Of a stretch of 64,000 nucleotides of DNA, positions 56,756 to 64,000 are shown piece after piece. The stretch is from a virus. The stretch lies in the IMG/VR virus record IMGVR_UViG_3300009593_000014, positions 21,155 to 85,154 of that record; one strand, 5' to 3'. Position numbers and translations under genes: made by a program. Within the stretch, counting starts at the first letter, position 1; each line of letters starts with the position of its first letter. A model generated the notes under the pieces. The model saw nothing but the letters and a program-made list of their open reading frames with translations, did not search any database and had not been told where the DNA came from.

Positions 56756-57100
56756 TCATTCATCATTTGATTCATATTCACACCATTCCTTTAATGCTTT
56801 AACAATACCTTGTGCTTGAAAGCCTCTTCCACTAAATGAACGATATTCTATATTTAAGTCATATGCTAATCGTTCAAGAAAAGTCAAATTATAAACTCCA
56901 TCAATATATTCTACTGGTTCGCCAGTAACATTATCAAATAAAGTATATTTACCTTCACCAGAATATTGTCTATTAGTAATACTTTCTACATCAAAATAAT
57001 CTTTATAGAATTCTGGAGCAAATATAGTATGCCCATCTCCTACAATTATTTCGTCATCAATTGCTTTTCTTATATGTTCTTTGGAATATTTTGTTTCCAT
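56756..57100 (-). CDS. Hypothetical protein
   Basis: GRGFQA motif; coupled ORF. Confidence 0.65.
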   Translation of the reverse strand: METKYSKEHIRKAIDDEIIVGDGHTIFAPEFYKDYFDVESITNRQYSGEGKYTLFDNVTGEPVEYIDGVYNLTFLERLAYDLNIEYRSFSGRGFQAQGIVKALKEWCEYESNDE

Positions 57101-57101
57101 T

Positions 57102-57743
57102 TTATTTTTCCTCTTCTGTTGTTGTATTTTCTTTAAGTTTTTCTTCTAATGCTCTTTCTAAAAGAACCATTCTATTTTCTGTAATTACTTCATCTACATT
57201 TATATGTTTAGTAAGTAATGTTATTAAAGCTGATTTAGCAGACTCACCAACATTACATAAACCATTAGGATTATCTGGTACTGTTTCTAATAAATCTGAT
57301 ACTTGTTCTCTAACAACTAATTCAATACTATTACTAGTTATAGTATCTGTATTTTCATAGGAATCTTCAAACCAACCATTAAAATAATCTTGAAAGTATT
57401 CTTGAATTTTATCTTCAAAATCATAGTCGCGTAGATAATCTTCAATTTTATCTCTAGTATCTTCTTTATCATAATACTTTGATGCTATAACTTCTTCAAA
57501 TTCTTCAAAGCTTTGATCTAGTTTATCTTTAATCTTATCTTCAATTTCTCTATTTAATATACTTGCTAAAGTATCATCTAAAGTAGATTGATTATTATTT
57601 AAATAATGATCTATTCTTTGATTAATTATTTTAGTAAAAGCTGGTGATATTAATAACCTTGCCAGCAATACTTCATAATCAACTTTAATGGCTTCTTCAT
57701 TTATAGCCTCTCCAAATGTCTTATCTATTTCACTCATTTTCAT
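57102..57743 (-). CDS. Helical acidic hypothetical protein
   Basis: Coupled ORF. Confidence 0.65.
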   Translation of the reverse strand: MKMSEIDKTFGEAINEEAIKVDYEVLLARLLISPAFTKIINQRIDHYLNNNQSTLDDTLASILNREIEDKIKDKLDQSFEEFEEVIASKYYDKEDTRDKIEDYLRDYDFEDKIQEYFQDYFNGWFEDSYENTDTITSNSIELVVREQVSDLLETVPDNPNGLCNVGESAKSALITLLTKHINVDEVITENRMVLLERALEEKLKENTTTEEEK

Positions 57744-58062
57744 TTTCCTTTTCTAGGTTGTTTTTTATTATTTCTTCGTGATCTAACCAATTAGCATCAA
57801 CTTCTCTTATAGTAACTCCATGAGGGTTATAAAAATATTCTTTATCTACTCCTGGAACTCCATCTTTACTGCTATATTTAAAAACACGAGCAAACCAATT
57901 ATTAGGTCTAAATCCATGTGTTCTTTCACAAATATTATTTGCAGTAGAAACTGCTAACATTGGTGTATTTTTATTACTACTGTTAGCTGGAACTTTAACG
58001 GCATATCTATATTCAACTATATAATAATCTTCATATGATGCCATTAAAATATCCAGATCCAT
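57730..58062 (-). CDS. Hypothetical protein
   Basis: 110-aa ORF. Confidence 0.65.
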   Translation of the reverse strand: MDLDILMASYEDYYIVEYRYAVKVPANSSNKNTPMLAVSTANNICERTHGFRPNNWFARVFKYSSKDGVPGVDKEYFYNPHGVTIREVDANWLDHEEIIKNNLEKENENE

Positions 58063-58310
58063 GTATGATAACCTATATAACCTACACTTAACAATATTAT
58101 CAAATAAGCCAAACTTATATATATACTATCTTGTCTATTTTTAATTAATTTAAACATAATTCTTCCTTTCATCTTTTAAAAACTCAATAATAACAATACC
58201 CATAAAAAACCCATTATTAAAATAACAGGTAAAATCATTACTATAATTGGCGAAAATAGAAATAATACAATCAGCCATCTAAATACTACCCATATAAAAT
58301 CTCCCATATC

Positions 58311-58760
58311 TTACTCCAATATCTTATTCCAATAGGGTACAGATGAGTCATGACGATTAATTAACTTTCTCCATAACTTTCTATATCTAGCTTTAAAATG
58401 TTTTTGCCAAGAAGGTTTAATCCCACCTAAATCTATATCTTCATCCATGCAATATAAAAGTTTTACTGCTTCAACAAAAGGATTAGGTTTTTCTTCAAAC
58501 AAAACATCTTGAATTTCTATTTCATAATCACTTAAATAATCTACAGCACCACCAACTACTTCTTCTAATTCTGTATAAATAACATGAATTAGATACCATA
58601 ATAAATGAAACCCAGCATCGTCAGAATAACCTAAAAGGTTTAATTTTCTTAAAACGTCCTGAGAATTGTAATTATTTAAGTCCCCAAACATATGAGAAAT
58701 GATATGTAAAGCATTTAATGCCTCATTAACATCTTTCATACCTTCTGGTACTTTTTTCAT
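58311..58760 (-). CDS. Hypothetical protein
   Basis: SD AAAGGA. Confidence 0.65.
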   Translation of the reverse strand: MKKVPEGMKDVNEALNALHIISHMFGDLNNYNSQDVLRKLNLLGYSDDAGFHLLWYLIHVIYTELEEVVGGAVDYLSDYEIEIQDVLFEEKPNPFVEAVKLLYCMDEDIDLGGIKPSWQKHFKARYRKLWRKLINRHDSSVPYWNKILE

Positions 58761-58772
58761 TTAGTTCCTTTC

Positions 58773-59111
58773 TTAATCAAAACGGTTATACCATCTCTTT
58801 CTAGTTTCTACCCAATCTACCCACCAACCTTCACAAACATGATTAGGTTTATCATTAGGATCTTTATCTTCTAATGGTGTAGGTATTTTAATTTGATCTA
58901 AACAATTAGAATTACAATAAGGACAACCTATTTCTTTAGGATAATAATAAAGATCCCTATAAGTTTTAACTATTGCTCTTGGTCCATCTGTATGTCCCCA
59001 TTTTTCATTTAAAGCGTCAATGATTTTTTTAGCTTTAACATAAGGTTCATTGTCAACAATACTTTGAGCCCTACTTTCTAATTCTTCTTGTTCGCTTGAA
59101 AAACTAGTCAT
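58773..59111 (-). CDS. Hypothetical protein with CPYC
   Basis: Coupled ORF. Confidence 0.6.
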   Translation of the reverse strand: MTSFSSEQEELESRAQSIVDNEPYVKAKKIIDALNEKWGHTDGPRAIVKTYRDLYYYPKEIGCPYCNSNCLDQIKIPTPLEDKDPNDKPNHVCEGWWVDWVETRKRWYNRFD

Positions 59112-59412
59112 CTAATTCATCTTCATCATAAATAAATTTAATTTCAAGTGACTCTACTCTGTTAGTGCTATCATTAAAATTAACATAAACAGGATAATAA
59201 CCATCACCGTAACCAGTACTTGTAACTATTGCTAAATTATTCATAATAGGTCCAAAATTATCTTTTATTGAAACCTCACAAATCTCTTCATATAGTTTTA
59301 TCATACTTAATGATTTACTTGGACTATCTTCTCTAACATAACATGGATCTATTAATATTAATTGACCTGAATCAACTGCACAATGACCCGCTAATTTTCT
59401 TTTTATACTCAT
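59104..59412 (-). CDS. DUF4241-like protein
   Basis: VDSGQ...DPCY and TGYGDG.YPVY motifs. Confidence 0.72.
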   Translation of the reverse strand: MSIKRKLAGHCAVDSGQLILIDPCYVREDSPSKSLSMIKLYEEICEVSIKDNFGPIMNNLAIVTSTGYGDGYYPVYVNFNDSTNRVESLEIKFIYDEDELDD

Positions 59413-59597
59413 TTCATTATCCTATTCTTTTTGTGTGGTAATAATTTTGTTGGTTGACAATGCTTTTGACAAATACAGAAATATTCATCTTTATGGCAAT
59501 TACATTTGCTATTCTTAATTCCCCTGCATGGACAACCAACAAGGTTTTCTTCTAACAATTTTTTCATAACTTATCCTATTCTATGTCTTTTAGATAT

Positions 59598-59655
59598 ATA
59601 ATTAAGGGTGGTGGGGAAAGACAAAAACATAAAAAACCCACCACCCTTAATATAT
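59598..59655. other. Long intergenic inverted repeat
   Basis: ATTAAGGGTGGTGGG...CCCACCACCCTTAAT. Confidence 0.75.
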
Positions 59656-60050
59656 TGCGATAGTATCTATATCGCCCATTACTTTAATGTAATACTATAG
59701 ATACAATCAACAATTAATTTTAACTTTTGAACGCCCCTGAAACTTTTTTATTCTTAACGTACATTTTTAGTAGATATTTTGGAACCACTATCACTAAAAT
59801 CCTGGACCTTAACTTTATAAGTATCTTTCATATTTTTCAATATCTTCTCACATGCAGCATTAGCTTTACGAGAATTGTTATAGTTTCTTATAATAGATGC
59901 TATATTTTTAGTCATGACGTTCTCCATAAATGATCAACTAGTCTTTTATATTCAATATATCTAATATAATCTTCTGTAGATTTACATTGTTTACTTTCAA
60001 GATCTTGCAAAAATAATCTCATTCGCATTCTTTCTTTATTACTTAATGGT

Positions 60051-60494
60051 TCAAGATAGGACATATAATTTCGCCTCCATAATAGGTTCTATTTGTAATT
60101 CTGCATATCTTTTCCAAATATCATAAAATGCATCACCTTCTTCAATAGGTATTTCTTTTCTATCATACCAAGGCAAATAAATAAAAGTAAGGCTTTTAAT
60201 ACTCCATTCATCTAATGCACCCATTTCGTTATAATGTAAATAACATTCTACTTCTAAAGACTCTTGTGGTCCTCCAGTAGAAAAAACTATATTAAATGTT
60301 TGAGTCATATCTATACATAAAACTTCATATAATTTGTTAAATGTATCTTCCGATTTTTCATCATCATCTTCAAGTAATCCTAAATAACTTTCATCTAAAT
60401 CATTAAAGAGATCGTTATATCTAATAGAAAATCTTTCAAAAGACTCTATTGCTTCTAAATCGTTTTTTTCTTTACCTAAATGTTGTATTCCCAT
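60051..60494 (-). CDS. Hypothetical protein (STGGP motif)
   Basis: 147-aa ORF with SD. Confidence 0.65.
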   Translation of the reverse strand: MGIQHLGKEKNDLEAIESFERFSIRYNDLFNDLDESYLGLLEDDDEKSEDTFNKLYEVLCIDMTQTFNIVFSTGGPQESLEVECYLHYNEMGALDEWSIKSLTFIYLPWYDRKEIPIEEGDAFYDIWKRYAELQIEPIMEAKLYVLS

Positions 60495-60496
60495 TT

Positions 60497-60823
60497 TTAA
60501 CCTTCCTTACAAAGAGCATATCTTTGTCCTGTTTTTTTATATAAATCTACATATGATCTTAATGGTTTAATCCAACCATCAATATCTTTATGAACTTCTT
60601 TATGACATTTATCGCATAAAGTAATTAAATTATTTTCTCTATCTCTACCACCAATACTTACTGGTCTAATATGATGAACTTGTAGTTTAGAATTAAGTTC
60701 AAACGATTTCTTTAAACAAATCCTACACCTATACTCATCTCTTCTTCTAATTTTATCTTTAAAAGCTGGATCTACAAACCTTCTAGGTTTACCAGATCTA
60801 CTATTACTATTTTCTATTCTCAC
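60497..60823 (-). CDS. HNH endonuclease
   Basis: RD.Y.CxxC..VHHI..GG...NL..LCxxCH...H. Confidence 0.88.
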   Translation of the reverse strand: MRIENSNSRSGKPRRFVDPAFKDKIRRRDEYRCRICLKKSFELNSKLQVHHIRPVSIGGRDRENNLITLCDKCHKEVHKDIDGWIKPLRSYVDLYKKTGQRYALCKEG

Positions 60824-60829
60824 AAAACA

Positions 60830-61114
60830 TCACACTACCTTTACATAGTTTATATTCTTATTGTTTCCTATAAGCCTATTAAAAGCTGAACCTATAGAAT
60901 TACTAAACAATATTTCACTAATAGTATTATTAGGAACGTTTGGATAGAAATACTCTGTGCCAATTTTAAATAAAACAGTCATACTTGAAGAATTATCTCC
61001 AACAGATCTTACATTATTTTCTACAGGATTAGGTCTAACTCTAATCGTAATTTTTTCTAGAACAGAACTGTCTCTAGCATCAACAATTATTTCTCTTAAA
61101 TCATCGTCGTACAT
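60830..61114 (-). CDS. KTSC-like protein
   Basis: V.FK.G.EY.Y..VP....S.S.GS.FN..I pattern. Confidence 0.6.
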   Translation of the reverse strand: MYDDDLREIIVDARDSSVLEKITIRVRPNPVENNVRSVGDNSSSMTVLFKIGTEYFYPNVPNNTISEILFSNSIGSAFNRLIGNNKNINYVKVV

Positions 61115-61336
61115 TTATTTCTCCATTTCAAAATCAAGTTCGCTATGATTTAATCCACTACATTGTTTCATAGCCTCTTTTGCATTATTATATGTAAACC
61201 TTATTTTAGTTTTTTCATCATCTTGATGTGTGTCTATAATACAAAATTTACTATTAATAACTTTAACAATATATCTACGTTTTCTTGATCGTCTTATTTC
61301 GCTACGATCTATATCTTTATCATTAAAATAACTCAT
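61115..61336 (-). CDS. Hypothetical protein
   Basis: Coupled ORF. Confidence 0.6.
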   Translation of the reverse strand: MSYFNDKDIDRSEIRRSRKRRYIVKVINSKFCIIDTHQDDEKTKIRFTYNNAKEAMKQCSGLNHSELDFEMEK

Positions 61337-63117
61337 TACACTTCCTCTCTTGATTTAGCTATTTCTTTATCTATTTCTTTTCTCTCATTTTCATATGATA
61401 CTTGATATTTTTGGCTAACTAAATCACCAATTCTTGTATCTGCAACATCTCTAAATTCTCTCGAATAATCTCCCGCACCAGAAATATGATGATCCAATTC
61501 ATGAATTAAAGTAGCAATTAAAGCGTTAATTTCATCCTCTTTTATTATGCTTTCGTTAATTAAAATAGTAGGCTTAAATTCATCATCAAGTTGATCAATA
61601 TAATCTTCTAAATCTTCTGGATCAAATAAATCACGACGACTAATGCTTAATCTTGTCATAGCATCTAAATTAATTGCTTTTCCTCTAATGTTTGCATTCT
61701 TTTCAGTAGTCTTCATTACTTCTACTTTTACTTTTTTAATTCTGGGATCATAGTCACAAACTATATTCAATGCATAATCAAAAATCTTTTTAGTAACACC
61801 AGTTACTTCTTTAATTGGATAATTAATTTTTTCACTAAGCATATTTTTATTTAGATAGTTCTTACCACCGCTATGTTCAATTAAATTAGCAACAGCACCA
61901 CTAACAACTATTGGTAATGCACCAATTTCAGTTAATGCTGTAAATAAATCTTGACCTAAATCGTTATTAACATCTTCATTAACAAAACAAATCCTATATA
62001 GACCATCTTCATCTTGATCGTCATCTATATATTTATCTTTCATCGTATTGTAAAATTCAATAGCAAAACTATTAGGCATTTCACCTTCTGGATATTCATC
62101 TGATTTATCTATATCTACTTCTATAATATCATCATTATCATAACTCCAAGGATATACTGTAAAGTAATTGTTATTACCCCATTCATAAATATCAGTAATC
62201 TCAGGATCGGAATTACAGAAATAATTTAAACTATCAAATCTCTCAGGATCGACATAATTCATATTAAATTTTGATGTAAATCCTTTTGTCTCTATAATAT
62301 ACTGAATAACATTGTTAGAGAAATCTGAATTATAATGTCCATTATGTAAAAACATATTACAAACTTGTCTTAATTCAGTATTTAAAGGATTAACTAATCT
62401 TCTATCTTCACCCATTTCGACATATGGTAAATCATAATCAAACAATGAATAAAAAATATCATCTTCATCATGTTCTGATACATCACCATTAAGTAATTCA
62501 AGACCATAAACTAAAACACCTTTATGATATATACGAAGATTTTTATCATCATTATCTAATTTATGATAAATCTTACCACCTTTATTACTGGTGAATATTG
62601 GTTCTCTATTAAAAGAAAAATACTTATCAAAATTATATACAATTTCTAATAATTCTGGTGCCGCTGTTAAATAAACAGAAAACTTACCTTCTACTGGTTC
62701 TCCAATTTCATTAACTATTTCTATACTATAATCTTCACCAAATTCTAAATGTGCATCTATAGCATTAGCAAAAGCTTCACGAAATACCATAAAAGGATTT
62801 TGCCAACCTATTGCTCCAGCATTTATTGAAAAAGAAGATGGCTTTAAATACTCATCTTTATAGTCAAAATTAACTATATCTATATCTGAATTTTCATCTC
62901 TTACAATTTTATAAGACATTGTATAACTACCGTTAGCATCATTGCCAACATTTATCCATTCCCAACCTTTTCTTAATGCAAAAATAGGAGCAAATTTTGA
63001 ACCTGAACCAAATTGTCCAATTGTTTTTTCATTATCTGCTTTAGTGGATACTCCTAATACTTCTAAATATAATCTTGGCACACTTTCTGCCGTATTTGTA
63101 ATCTTAATATATTTCAT
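61336..63117 (-). CDS. GHKL-like ATPase with C-terminal HExxH metallopeptidase-like motif
   Basis: GVSTK..IGQFGSGSK, REAFANAIDA and C-terminal TLIHELDH..GA.D.SR.F. Confidence 0.7.
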   Translation of the reverse strand: MKYIKITNTAESVPRLYLEVLGVSTKADNEKTIGQFGSGSKFAPIFALRKGWEWINVGNDANGSYTMSYKIVRDENSDIDIVNFDYKDEYLKPSSFSINAGAIGWQNPFMVFREAFANAIDAHLEFGEDYSIEIVNEIGEPVEGKFSVYLTAAPELLEIVYNFDKYFSFNREPIFTSNKGGKIYHKLDNDDKNLRIYHKGVLVYGLELLNGDVSEHDEDDIFYSLFDYDLPYVEMGEDRRLVNPLNTELRQVCNMFLHNGHYNSDFSNNVIQYIIETKGFTSKFNMNYVDPERFDSLNYFCNSDPEITDIYEWGNNNYFTVYPWSYDNDDIIEVDIDKSDEYPEGEMPNSFAIEFYNTMKDKYIDDDQDEDGLYRICFVNEDVNNDLGQDLFTALTEIGALPIVVSGAVANLIEHSGGKNYLNKNMLSEKINYPIKEVTGVTKKIFDYALNIVCDYDPRIKKVKVEVMKTTEKNANIRGKAINLDAMTRLSISRRDLFDPEDLEDYIDQLDDEFKPTILINESIIKEDEINALIATLIHELDHHISGAGDYSREFRDVADTRIGDLVSQKYQVSYENERKEIDKEIAKSREEV

Positions 63118-63141
63118 TGTCTTTATTCCTATCTGTTGTTT

Positions 63142-63351
63142 TTATTTATTGTTTCTTATTTCTTTTAATTTTTCTTCTGAATCTAAATCCCTGCCTGCTT
63201 CGTAATGCCATTTATTGAATTTTAATTCATCTTTGAATAATTCGCCTAATTTCTCTAATAAAAATCTAGCTTCAAATTCATCATCTACCTCTAAGAGTAA
63301 ATTTACTCTCCAAAGTTCTTTATCTCCAAATTTATTTGAATCAATTATCAT
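63142..63351 (-). CDS. Hypothetical protein
   Basis: Coupled ORF. Confidence 0.6.
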   Translation of the reverse strand: MIIDSNKFGDKELWRVNLLLEVDDEFEARFLLEKLGELFKDELKFNKWHYEAGRDLDSEEKLKEIRNNK

Positions 63352-63628
63352 TATTTTCCATTTCTCTTGTTTTATCTTTTAGTAAAAGACAATCTATAAA
63401 GTTATATGTTAGGTTAACTAAATCTTTTAATACATTTTGAAGTCCACCGTAATCAGTAGTTTTTACTACTGGTCCCATAAACATTCTTGCATTTATACCT
63501 TTACTTTCATCTTCAACTATTATTGAATAGGCTTCTAGTGATCCTATTATGTCTTGTAAATATATATCAAAACCTCTATATCGAGTCTTAATACATTCAC
63601 TATAATCTACTGGTTCTAATTCTTCCAT
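63341..63628 (-). CDS. Hypothetical protein
   Basis: SD GGAG. Confidence 0.65.
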   Translation of the reverse strand: MEELEPVDYSECIKTRYRGFDIYLQDIIGSLEAYSIIVEDESKGINARMFMGPVVKTTDYGGLQNVLKDLVNLTYNFIDCLLLKDKTREMENNDN

Positions 63629-63674
63629 TTTTTCTCCAATACTTTATTTTTAATAAGCTGGTAATATCTATACT

Positions 63675-63917
63675 TTAAAATAACACTACTGAACATGATA
63701 AACATTTTTTACGACCATTATGTGTAGTAAATATTCTATCACTATTTACTGCAAATGTATCTCCACAAAAGTTACAAATAATATTAACATTTTGTTCATG
63801 TTTACAATTTAATAATCTATCTTTACTAGCTAGATCCCAGATCTTTTTATCTGCATCATATATAATATAATTATTACAATGCACACACTGTACATTATCT
63901 TCAGCTTTAATTACCAT
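63675..63917 (-). CDS. Cys-rich zinc-finger-like protein
   Basis: Three CxxC-type pairs; SD AAGGAG. Confidence 0.65.
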   Translation of the reverse strand: MVIKAEDNVQCVHCNNYIIYDADKKIWDLASKDRLLNCKHEQNVNIICNFCGDTFAVNSDRIFTTHNGRKKCLSCSVVLF

Positions 63918-64000
63918 GTCATTTGCTCTCCTTTAATCTCTCGAATAAATTCCATTGCATCTGCTTCATCTATTTGTTTAACATATTGAACAGCAGATAC

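Overview
A 64-kb segment of a large tailed dsDNA phage (siphovirus-type), most likely infecting Actinomycetota: it carries a WhiB, an actinobacterial-type ferredoxin and a YRRRR-TM peptide. From 1 to 31 kb (minus strand) are virion morphogenesis genes: portal, prohead protease/scaffold, HK97-fold capsid, tail-tip/fibre proteins, head-tail connectors, major tail, tail chaperone with a -1 frameshift, and tape measure. This part also holds an endolysin, a large lipoprotein and a class II RNR. From 31 to 40.3 kb (plus strand) are a tRNA-like element, a ferredoxin, glycosylation genes and DNA-modification genes. From 40.8 to 49.3 kb is the most unusual part: an array of self-contained expression cassettes. 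Each is headed by the same asymmetric DNA motif (15 co-oriented copies of GCTGTNGTTCGT(T)GGCTCGC), and eight carry paralogues of one ~110-aa 'WHPE' protein. The three type-A paralogues are flanked by covarying structured RNA candidates (a 5' pseudoknot and a 3' motif). From 49.3 to 50.9 kb is non-coding DNA with three repeats of a branched GNA-triloop hairpin. From 50.9 to 64 kb (minus strand) are very AT-rich small genes. A second, unexpected -1 frameshift signal with dual-coding sequence lies inside the lipoprotein gene. All calls are from reading the sequence only; no database searches were run.
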